A stretch of DNA of 64,000 nt from Torpedo marmorata (Eukaryota), in assembly GCA_977017645.1 (NCBI GenBank), contig OZ360219.1:104036001-104100000 (forward strand), in the 5' to 3' direction. This document shows, piece by piece, positions 39,324 to 50,759 of the stretch. Every line of letters begins with the position of its first letter. Positions within the stretch are counted from its first letter, which is position 1. A program made the position numbers and the translations under genes. The notes beneath the pieces were generated by a model. That model worked only from the letters and a program-made list of their open reading frames with translations, was not told the origin of the DNA and made no database searches.

Positions 39324-40320
39324 AAGTCAGATAGCACATCCTTCAGTCCCACTTGTCCAATTGGAGGTCAGACATGATATGAGAGTTTTTCATGTACAGC
39401 ATACAAAATGGACCAAAATTCTTACTTTCTGCAGCCACACAGGCATGCAAGATAAACCATTTTAATCCTACACTCTGTAAATAGTGCTCTTTATATGACT
39501 GCATGAAATATTAGGGATAACCTGTTGGACTGTTCACAGAAGCACATTTCCTACTGCACGAGATGATTTGTGACAAACTTAGTTAGCCACTACCACCCTC
39601 TCTCAGCCATCACCATTGTAAATCATTCCCTCGAGTTTACTCCACCCACTTTTCCAACTTCTGATTAAACTCAGGTCCTCTCCTCTCTCCACAGTAGCTG
39701 CCTCAGCTGCTGAAAGTTGTCAGAATTTCCTATTCCTATTTCAGGTTTCTAGTTTCAGGAGTTTGTTTTTATTTTTGTGTTGACCACAGATGATTGTGCA
39801 ATTCAAACAGGCCTTAAGAGATTTAAGGGCATACAAGGGCAACAAAGTCACTTTTCTAGTATTATCAAACTACAGTGAACTCTCAGCTATCTGCCATCAA
39901 TGGGGAATAGAGGGTACCAGTTGCATGAGAATCATTGTACATCACACAATTAAGAAGAAATAAATACATTTTGGAATATCAGGGAACTGAGGAGGCTGTT
40001 GAGAACTGGCACAGAGGAGTTGAGAACTGAAGCAGATCAGCCATAATGATACTGAACAGTGGCACAGCCTTGAGGGGCCAAATGGCCTCCTCCAGCTCCT
40101 ATTTCCTTGCATTCTTCTGTACCTATGTGTGAGCTTGCTGTGTGAATGTTTAATGCTGTTTTTCCTGCACTACATCAGGGACTTTAAAAGTGTTCTATGC
40201 ACAAAGCTTTAAATAAATTAATGGACTCTGTCACACCTCCTCACTTTTTTAAATAACAATGTTTTCACACTACAATTCTAAATTTTGTAAAATACAGCAA
40301 AAACAAATGGACTCTATGAC

Positions 40321-40670
40321 AGGAGCAGCTCAATGGCAAAACTAGTGGAGAGACTCCCTCAAAAGGTACAGGAACCCAGGTTCAAACTCTACCTCCGGTC
40401 CTGACAGTATGGAGTTTACACATTCTCCATGAACACAGACATTTCCTCTGGGTGTTTTAGTTTTCTTAGACATCCCAAAGGCTCATAGATCAGAAGGTTA
40501 ATCTGCTGCTGCGATTTGCCCCTGGTGTGTCAGTAAAGTGGTAGAATAGGAAAGAAACTGATGTGAATGTGGGAGGAATGAAGTGGGCCAAGTGTAAGAT
40601 TGATGTAAACTGGCTTGATGATCGACACACATGTACTGTGCTGAAGGGGCATTTTCCAAGCTGTATAACT
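40321..40670 (+). mobile_element. Diverged HE1/V-SINE-like SINE
   Basis: CCCAGGTTCAAA B-box and TGGAGTTTACACATTCTCC core. Confidence 0.55.
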
Positions 40671-42569
40671 TTATGACACATCAGCTGTGCACAGTTCCAT
40701 TGCATAACTCATTCAGTTACTTTCCTCAAATTGTTTAGAAACTCACCTTCCCTGCAAAAAATGGCCTGAATGTCTAAATTAAAGTTATCCGGAAATCCGT
40801 ACTGTTTGCAGGTCGATACAACTTAGAACACATTTGCACGAATAGCCAACCAACTGTGCACATTTATTACATATTATTTATTTTAATTTCTCTTCCTTTT
40901 ATATTTATTATCTTTTTTCTCCTTGTGGAAGCTTAATTACACTTAGTCTGTGTGAGCATGTTTTGCGTAACTGGGAAGCTGCCGCAAGAAAGACTTTCAC
41001 TGCATCTCTACGTTGTACTTGTGCATATTACAATAAACTTTCATTCATTCATTCAACTTCTGTCCATACAAGGTCCAGATCTCTTACTGCACATTTCCTC
41101 AGTCAACATGCATATTAATCCACTGCACAGTTTTAAATACACAGTTTAGAAACCCACTTACTGAAACAGATTAACAATTGTATTAAAATCATGGAGACAG
41201 GAAGCTGACACAAATGCCTTTAAGTAGTGCATTAAAATAACTCAGGAAGGTAATTACATTGGCTGAAGTTTAAAGGGAGCATAGATCCTTGGTTTACGCA
41301 GGGACAGGAAGTCATTAACTTAATAAAAACACATAAATGCACAAAGTGGCTCTCCAGGGAGGAGCATATGATTCTTACTGAAACTGAGCAATTCCTGATG
41401 GTCCAATGGTACTCTCATGTTGTGCCAGGGGCACGGAATAAAATCAGATATTTATGCCGTTTTGAATGCAGATTACAAAGCAGCGTTTGTCTGGTAATCT
41501 ATTTCACTAACTCGTTGAAATGTTGCACAGGTACCAAAATTTGAAGTAAAATGCAATAAATGTAAAAAACTGCATTTTACTTATTATCCACAGTATTCAA
41601 TATAACACTCCGCATCTAGCAATAAATTTGTGAAAATATTTATTGTATAAATATAAAAGGCTGAACCATTTATTTTACACAGTATCTGTTAAATATCACA
41701 CTCTATCTTTCAGTAAAACCATTAAAAATAAAACTACTAGTCTATACCATGACATAATCTTTAAAAAAAAATTGAACAATCCATGTATCAAATAAGTTTT
41801 GAATTGCATGGTTTAGCAAGTATATTAAAATAGTCTCAATGAATCGGCATGATGAAAACAAATTACTAATTTCAACAACTAAATTGTGCCCATTGTGCCA
41901 TGAAGCAATTATAATATATTTGTTTAATATTTAAAATGCATAATTAAAATATAATCAGTACCAAAGCAGGGACAATTATTCCTCAATTTACAAAAAGGAT
42001 TACATTCCTGGATAAAGTCTCATTAGGCAGAATTTCACAAATAAATAAACCTGGGCAAGATAAATTTTAGGTTACAAACAACCTGTTGGGGGAACTCAGC
42101 ATGTCGAGCAGCATCCGAGGGAAAAAAAGTATGGTCAATGTTTTGGGTTAGAACCCTTCATCAAGACAATGTTTGTGAATCAAGGAACATCTGTACAATT
42201 AAACTAATGAACAAGCAAGTAGAACACAGCAATAATACCCTGGGAATACCATCTCCAGCTAGTCTCACCTCATCCTGTCCTGGACATGTATTGTTACAGT
42301 GCTTCATCATCATGGGCTCCATATCTCTGGATTTAAAAATAAATTAATTTAGAGATACATCACGGTAACAGGTCCTTCAAGGCCACGAGCCCACACTGCC
42401 CAAATACACCCAAATAACATACTAATTCAGTACATCTTTGGAACTGTCAGCGAATGCTGCTGCATAGGACATAAGAAATAGGAGCAGGAGTCAAGCCTGC
42501 TCCGCCATTCAATGAGATCATGGCTGATCTGATGATAGGCTCATCTCCACCTACCTGCCTTTTCCCGAT

Positions 42570-44069
42570 TGTGATATATAATGGATCTGTGCTAATATTA
42601 ATCTTTGGTTTAATGTTAAAACTGTGTTTTATCTGGATATGGCTTGGTGGGTTAGTTTTGGGTGGTTCAGGGGCACAAAGATAACACATTTGCATTTTAA
42701 ATACATGGTACTTTGAGTTGGCCATTTGCAGAGACAGAATGTCTGCTGGTTTCGGTTAAAGACAAGAGATGAAAGGTTTTATGATGGTTCTTGAGGTACT
42801 GAAAACAATAGGTGTTGGCTCAGAAGCACCTGTGTAAACGCAGATTCATTCTGTGTCCATGGGGGCAGACATCACGGAAGCATCTTCTCATTAACTTTTG
42901 GAGAAGTTGGAACTTCAAACACTCAGGAAAATACTTGGTCAAACGCAGGAAGGTGTAAGTGGGAAGAGATGCTTTTAGCATATAAGTGTGAAGAGGACAT
43001 TATGAATTTCAAAGTCAGAAATGATATCACATACCATGTGACAAGAGAGATGTGCAAGAAATATATTATTGAACTCAGAGACAAAGAAATCAGTTTTAAG
43101 AAAATCTAACACCCTGGAAAGACAGGGATTGAAGTAGTTTAAGAAAATTTGACTTTCTGGAAAGACAGAATCTGGAGCAAGGATCTCTGAAATAGAAAGA
43201 GATGCTGTTCTGTATTGTATTATCCTTATTACAGGAGATACACAACATAAGTGGCTGTTGAAATAAGTAAGACCACTTTCAACTGCTTCTAAGAAAAGAG
43301 AGAAGCATCGTGTGTTACTTTCGATTAAGAAAGAAATCATCGTGGAAAACATATTCCGGAACTCTTAGGCAAGATAAGAGGGAGTTTGTTAAATCACTCG
43401 CATGAAGAAAAATATCTCTGAAAAAACAACTCATCAAAAGACGTGTGAGTTTGAAAGAAATCGGATGCTTCACTCTTGCTTTATAATTAATTCTGAATCA
43501 CAATGTAAAGGGATCCTGAAGTTCAACAAGAAGTTGGAAATTGGACTTTAAAATTGACTTTTCAGATTCAAGTTTAAACTGAAATAGTTTGGACTTTAAC
43601 ACACACACATTTACATTTGTGCATAGTGGGGTTTAAGTTAGAGTTAAGTTTAGAGATAAGTAAGAAATGTCAGAATCAGAATCAGAATTTATTGTCATGA
43701 ACAAGTCATGAAATTCGGTGTTTTGCGGCAGCATCATAGTGCAATTAATATTCATATTAACCATCTAACGACATTACTATAAAAAATTATAAACAATAGT
43801 GCACGAAAAGTAAGGCAGTGTCTTTGGTTCATTGATTATTCAGGAATCTGATGGCAGCGGGGAAGAAGCTGTCCATGTGCCGTTGAGTGCTCGCCTTTAG
43901 GCTCCTGTACCTTTTTCCCGATGGAAGCAGAGTGAAGAGGGCATGGCCTGGGTGGTGGGGGTTATTAATAGTTTAAATAAAAACTATTATTTTTAATTTA
44001 CCATTGTCTGGTGAATTTCTCCATTGCTGTTCCTTTGTTAGTACTAGCAAGGTTTGTTAGTTTGTAACA
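42570..44069 (+). mobile_element. Probable long solo LTR splitting a CR1 3' end
   Basis: TG..CA ends and AATAAA near the 3' end. CR1 sequence stops at 42569 and resumes near 44241. No clean TSD found. Confidence 0.4.
43670..43962 (-). mobile_element. Rex1/Babar family A short 3' fragment
   Basis: Near-identical to 8243-8530. Confidence 0.9.
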
Positions 44070-44240
44070 GATGTTTCTTTTATTGTAATAAAGAAACTTG
44101 TGTTCTTTTGTATTAATTATATTTTATTAACAAACTCACAACCTCATGGGGAATCCATTTTGCATCTAACCCAAGGTGGAACATTCGTCTCCGACACCCT
44201 CTAGTGGTCAGGAGGATCACCAACTCCCAATCACCAAACA

Positions 44241-44745
44241 CATAATCCCTTTATTCCCCAATTTTTGTAAAAAATCTATCCGACCTTGTCTTAAATATAT
44301 TTACTGATGTCACCTCTACTGCTTCAATGGGCAGCGAATTCCACAGATTCACCACCCTCTGGGAAAAGCAGTTCCTCTTTGTCTCAGTCCTAAATCTACT
44401 ACCCTGAATCCTGAGGCTATGTCCCCTTGTTCTCGCCTCCCCCACCAATGGAAACAACTTACCTACCTCTATCTTGTCTATGCCTTTCATCGTTTTAGAC
44501 ATTTCTATAAGATCCCCTCTCATTCTTCTAAATTCCAGTATGTACAGTCCCAGATGACTCAATCTCTCCTCATAGGCTAACCCCCTCATCTCTGGAATCA
44601 ACCTTGTGAACCTCCTCTGGACCGCCTCGAAAGCCTGTACGTTCGTCCTCAAGTAAGTAGACCAGAACTGCATGCATACTCCAGATGGGGTCTCACCAGT
44701 ATCTTGTACAGTTGCAGCACAACCTCCCTGCTCCTAAATTCAATC
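44241..44745 (-). mobile_element. CR1 LINE RT C-terminal fragment
   Basis: QFWS..EAVQRRFTRLIP..YEERL..RRMRGDLI..TRGHS. Confidence 0.85.
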
Positions 44746-45056
44746 CCTTAAAAGACTTAACAGCTGAAAATCAGCCTGTAGAGTGGAATGAAGGTCAAGA
44801 GGTGGACTCCAATGAAAAGGAGTAGAATGCACATTCAGGACCAGCAGTGGGTCACCGAGGAAAGGTAAGAGGAGGTCACAGAGGGATATAAAACAGAGGT
44901 CAATTTGTGAGAACCTATGTTCAGACACTTGCATCATGCAACCCTCGTCAATCACAAACTTGAGGTAAACTGAAGGACAGCCAAAAGCTGTCTGCCTGAA
45001 AGAAGCTGACAGCTGAAGAGCAGCTCCACGAGTGGGTCTATCACTCATCACAATAA

Positions 45057-46097
45057 GGAACTAGATGCAAGAGTTTTGGTCACAGGGTAGGTACCAAGTT
45101 GGGGGGGGGGGCTGATTATTGGAGGGCCACCCCCATGCGCAATGGGCACAGGATTCCCCTAGTCCTCACCTACCACCCCTCTAGCCTCTGCATCCAACAT
45201 ATCAACCTCAACCACCTACTCTGTGATCCCACCGCTGGGCACATCTTCCCCTCTCTGCCTTCTGCAGGGACCGCTCCCTCCATGACTCCCTTATCCACTC
45301 CTCTCTTCCCACCAATCACCCCTTTGGCACCTACCCGTGGCCCCAGGAAGTGCTGCACTTACGCCCACGTCTCCTCCCTCACCACCATTCAGGGCCCCAA
45401 ATAGCCCTTCCAAGTGAAGCAACACTTAACTTGTGAATCTGCAGGGGTCATCTACTGCATCCAGTGCTCTCGTTGTGGTCTCCTCTAGATGGGAGAAACT
45501 GGACACAGACTGGGAGATCGCTTCATTCGGCACCTCAGTTCTGTCCGCTGCAATACTGGGGATCTCCCATTGGCAACCCATTTCAATTCCCGCCCCATCC
45601 TCTTGCCGACATGTCTGTCCATGGTCTCATGCACTGCCAGACTGAGACCACCTGCAAATTGGAGGAACAGCACCTCATTCCGTCTCGGCACCCTCCTATC
45701 GGATAGCATTAACATTGCCTTCTCCGGTTTACATTAGCTCTTCCTCCCCCCCCCCCCCCATCTATTCCTATTTCTCCTTTCCTCTTGCTCTGTTTCTCCC
45801 TTTCCTTTTCCCTCTGTCTCCTTTCCTCCAGATCGGCATTCACAAAGCCACCCCTCCTCCGATCAATTCTTACCTTTCCTCTCCTGTCCTATCCATGTCC
45901 AATTATCACCTTTCATCTGTTGGTCTGTGCTCCTCTCCCTGTCCTTTCTTTCCTTCTCCCCATCCTTTTAATTCAGGCACCTGCCTGCTTTTTACTCATA
46001 CCTTGAAGAAGAGCTCAGGCCCAAAACCTCGGTAATATATCTTTAGCTTCTATGAACTGTGCGAGACCTTCTGAGTTCCTCCAGCATTTCTATGTTT
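45057..46097 (+). mobile_element. PLE 3' part with GIY-YIG endonuclease remnant
   Basis: RIPLVLTYHP; TCESAGVIYCIQC..MGETGHRLGDRF.RH; pLTR end. TSD TCACTCATCA(C/T)AATAA at 45041-45056 and 46098-46113. Confidence 0.85.
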
Positions 46098-47480
46098 TCA
46101 CTCATCATAATAAAATCTGCAAGGTTACTCAACATTGTCTAGATGGACATTAAGCCAAATTCCTTTTCATTCCCAATGGAAAAACACAAACTCAAAGCAG
46201 GATTTTGATAACACTGATTAGGCAGAACAGCTACAAAAAGTAAAAACCTGTTTGAGATGACATCCATATGACCTGTTTTACATCAATCTATAATCTCATT
46301 GATCAGGAAACCAAGAAGTTTTCCTCCCAGAAGAACTATGTCAATAGAAGTAGATGCACAGACCTATTAGCAAAAGTTGCCCTGGCCAATATAAACTATC
46401 AACCAATGTTACTGATTTAAAAAAAAACTAGTTAATCTCACATAAGGTGGATCTTAATGGACACAAATTGGCAGGTTCGTTTTTTTTTATTCGTTCATCC
46501 AATTATTGTGAATGTTATTTGCCCAATTACTCTCAGAAGTGAAAGGTTCATTGGGCCATCTCAGAGATCAATTAAAAACCAACCTGTTGGTGGGCTCAAA
46601 GTCATAGACTGACTAGGAGCGTCAAGGATGGTAGATTTCTGTAGATCTGAAGAACATGTATGTATCACATGATTTTTTTTAAAAAAACAACGAACCTGGT
46701 CTTTGAAGGTCACTATTATCAACATAAGTTTTGCAATTTCAAATCCAATTAGCTAACTGAACATAAATTCCCTAAGTGCCACATTGGGATTTGACCTCAT
46801 CATTGGATCAATAGCCTGCTTACTCATCCAGTAACTTAATCACAATGCTGCTGTAGGCATTACATTTGCTATATTACTCCAAAAGTATTTGACTAGTAGT
46901 AAATTGCTTTAGGACAGTCACAGTTATGAAATGTGCTGAACAAATATTAGTCCAACTGTCAATGGGAATCTAACCATAGAAGGCATGCTCATTTGTGAAT
47001 AGGGCACAGTGGGCTTACTCTAAATAAAGGAACATCAGTTGAATCTCAAATTAAATACTGTATACGAATCATCACCTCATCCCACTTGCAGCTTGATTTT
47101 CCAACACTGGAAATCAGAAAGATTGAAATAAAACATGTCAATTCTTTTACACCCAGGAATATTATTGCTTAATTCAAGAATGGAGAATCAATGGGTCTGA
47201 GAAAGGTGAATGGTGCAGCTTTGGGAGAAAGAGTATTCATGACATCAGACGTCACCTTCATATACAGAAAAAACATTGCATACAATTTCCTGAATATCAG
47301 CGTCAATAATGTTCTTCATAACATAACACAATTCAAACTACAAATATAAACACAGCCATCTCTCAAACCATTATGCCTTTTAAAATCCCCATTGCAAGTT
47401 TGTAAACAATGTGAAATCAAGGAAACCATGGATGCTGGAAATCTAAAATTTAAAAAAAAACCAGGAAATGTGGGAAACAG

Positions 47481-47722
47481 TTAAACAAGAAAGTCTGCAG
47501 ATGCTGGGGTCAAGTGCAATACTCAAACGTGCTGGAGAAACTCAGCAGGTCACACATCATCTAGAGTAAGTAAAGGGTAACCAATGTTTTGGGCCTGGGC
47601 CCTTCATCAAGTATGTGCTTATACCCAACGAAGGGCTCAGGCCAGAAACGTTGGTTAACTTTTACTTCCCATGGATGCTGCCCAATCTGCTGAGTTTCTC
47701 CAGCACGTTTGTGTATAGTACT
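47481..47722. mobile_element. PLE-derived fold-back mini-element
   Basis: Two pLTR copies in inverted orientation about a centre near 47614; flanked by GGAAACAG on both sides. Confidence 0.7.
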
Positions 47723-47756
47723 GGAAACAGCAGGTCAGATAGCATTTACGTTAAAA

Positions 47757-48728
47757 GTCAAGTTTATTTTCATCTGATTGTACAAGTACAACCCGACGAA
47801 ACAGCGTTCTCCGGTCCTCGGTGCAAAACATGCAGACACACAATCAGATGTAACACACATACAGACAAATAATACATATGCAAGACACGTATTATATCTA
47901 TAAAAATAAATAAATATTGTTTTGTACAAATGAGAGTCTCGGATGGTTAGTGTGAGCAGTTCCTTTGGTTGTTCAGCATTCTCCCTCTCTGTTGGAAGAA
48001 GCTCTTCCTCAGCCTGGTGGTGCTGGCTCTGATATTCCTGTATCTCTTCCCCAAAGGGAGCAGCTGAAAAATGCTGTGTGTAGGATGGAAGGGGTCCTCA
48101 ATGATTTTGCGTGTCCTCTTCAGACAATGATTCCAGTAGATCACGTCGATGGGGGGGGGAAGGGAGACTCCAGTGATCCTCTCTGCCACTCTTATGGTCC
48201 TCTGGATTGACTTCTGATACATTTCTCTGCAGCAACCATACCACACTCTGATACAGCCGGCCAGGACACTCTCAATAGAGCTCCAATAGAAGATTGACAT
48301 AATGGTGGCCCTTAGCCTTGCCCGCTTCAGTCTTCTCAGGAAGTGCAGTCGCTGTTGCGCCTTCCTGACAAGTGAGGAGATGTTGAAAGTCCACGATAGG
48401 TCACTAGTTAAGTGAATTCCAAGGAACTTGGTGCTCTCCACTCTCTCTATTACAGAGTTGTTGATGTGTAGTGGAGGGTGGTCATTCCTGGTCCTCCTGA
48501 AGTTCACGATCATCTCCTTTTTGTCCAGGTTGTTACTCTCGCACCATTTCACAAGATTTTCTACCTCTTCTCTGCAGTGCAACTCATCGTTGTTGCTGAT
48601 GAGGCCAACTACTGTTGTGTCATCTGCAAACTTGATGACACTGTTGGAACTGGATCTGGCGATGCAGTTGTGGGTCAGTGGCGTGAACAGGAGTGGGCTG
48701 AACACACAGCCCTGAGGTGTGCCAGTGT
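47757..48728 (-). mobile_element. Rex1-like family B LINE, RT 3' part
   Basis: 261-aa ORF with TGTPQG and KFADD; tail as at 37582. Confidence 0.85.
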
Positions 48729-50759
48729 TCAAGAAGCAGATATAATATTTCAGGTCAAAGAGCCTTTGTCAGATTTCATTCTGATGGAGGCTCTTCAACC
48801 TGAAACGTTAACTGCTTCTCTTCCCATAGACACTGCCCAACCTGCTGACCATTTCCAGTGTTAAATAATCTAATTGGTTTCAGAACCATCTAAAGGTTAT
48901 TTCCAGCTCATCAAAATGATTTTTCATAAGAATTTCTAGTTCTCCTGCAAAAGCTTTCAGGCTGGTAGATGGATTGAAACACTCACTATCTTTAAAATAC
49001 TGATGTGCGGAATCTGTGCATACGTCGACAAAGTTGTATATTAACACGCCAGAGAAAACTTTGCTCATTATAGAATAACTAGATACATAATGAGGAGAGT
49101 TGCTAAGGTTTTTAAACAATGCATCAAATATAGCAAATCCTCCAAGATGCTTCACAGGTATGTTATCAATCAATATTTGACTCCAAGCATTTGCAGATAC
49201 GAGACAGAAAAAGAGAGCGAGAGCGCGCAAGAGAGTGAAAGTGCGTGAAGAAAGCATAACCGAGCAAGAGAAAGTGAGAAATAGAGACCAAAAGATTTGC
49301 GGACAAACGCTTGAGACAGTGGCAGCTTAAAGCACAGTCTGCAGCAGTGCAGAGATGAAAATCAATGATGCACGAGGGGAAAATTGTTGGCCATAGATTA
49401 TTTTGGCGAGCTACAGAGCTGGAGAAGATAAAGGAAATATGGAGGGACCTAAAAACAAGATGAGAATTATCATGCTGTCCATCCATACCATCAAATACAA
49501 AAAAAATCAAACTATTTTAATAGCAAGCTATTTGCCCTGCCTGCCTAAAATAAATAAAATACCTGAAGCTGTGTAATAGACAATCAAGGCTGCATATTCT
49601 GCAGAATGTGCAGTATTTGAATAGGATCCTGAGTCTAGGAAGTTCCAGTGTACTGAGCCCTTGATAAATAGCTGCCTGCAGCTTACCGAAGTATAAAGGC
49701 CTCAACCAGATCTAATTACTGCACAATTGTTCCATTATTTGCATATATTTATGAGCACAGTTTTTATTCCTGCAGGTAAAGTCCTGGTGGCAAGCAGAGG
49801 TCCCGAAGGGCTTTGGGCGTTGACAGCTTCCTAATTACTTCTGGGGTCCAGATTCAGGGGCTGAGGGGGTGTAACTTTGAAGCCTCCAGCTCAGGTTCAC
49901 CACTGAACCAGACAGGAACCTGTGTGACTACAGTGGTTAGGGTGACGGCATTGGAGGAGGTGGCAGATCCATGGACACTCGGTGTCTCTGAAGGGACTCC
50001 CTTTTGGTTCTCTTGCTTGTGATAACAAAGCTGTATTGATGGTGCTTCTCTGACAGGGCAAACAGAGAAAAACTATTATGTACATAACAATAAACAGAAC
50101 CTTGATCTTGACAAGTATGATGAAAGTGTACGGTAAATGAGAAAGATGAAAAGGAAAAGAAACAACCTGCAAACCTAGCGCTTTGCATGACCTCAGGAGG
50201 TGCTAGTGTCTTACAAGCATACTTCATTGAATTAATGAGTGAATGAAATTTGTTGCCATTTACACAAGTACATTGTACAGATGGAATGAGAATCCTAATG
50301 ACCCATGACCTGTGGCAGCTAATGTGAAAATGATGCAGAATAGTGATGACTTACAATCTGCTCCATGGTGACAGCAAAATTATCTGTTTTATTGATGATG
50401 GTCAAACCTGAGTTGATGTTTCATCATATAATGGTGCCAAAAAGACACAGAAAATGTCTAATTTCAGATTTCATCAAAGGTGATAAAGAACGGGAAAGTA
50501 GAATGCGAGAGTAATCCAGTGGGAAACATGAAAACAGACTAACAGCTTCTATTGATGTGATTAACAAATTGCAGAAAGAACTCAATGGGTCAGGCAGCAT
50601 CTGTGAAGACAAAGATAGTCAACGATTTGGGTCAGGACCCTGCATGGAATTGACCAGAGTATTGTCATCGATTTATAAAGTACTCTGTGGCAAGGAAATC
50701 TGAAAATCTCAATAACTTCCCAGGAATTGCATCCCAAGGTTTTGAAAAAAAAATGAATG

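Noticed and set aside
42975-43352. 125-aa minus-strand ORF
   Set aside because: It lies within a probable LTR and shows no recognisable motif.
48880-49257. 125-aa ORF with a signal-peptide-like N-terminus, as a secreted protein gene
   Set aside because: The hydrophobic start is explained by a TC-rich low-complexity tract and no domain is recognisable. Kept only as part of a weak finding.
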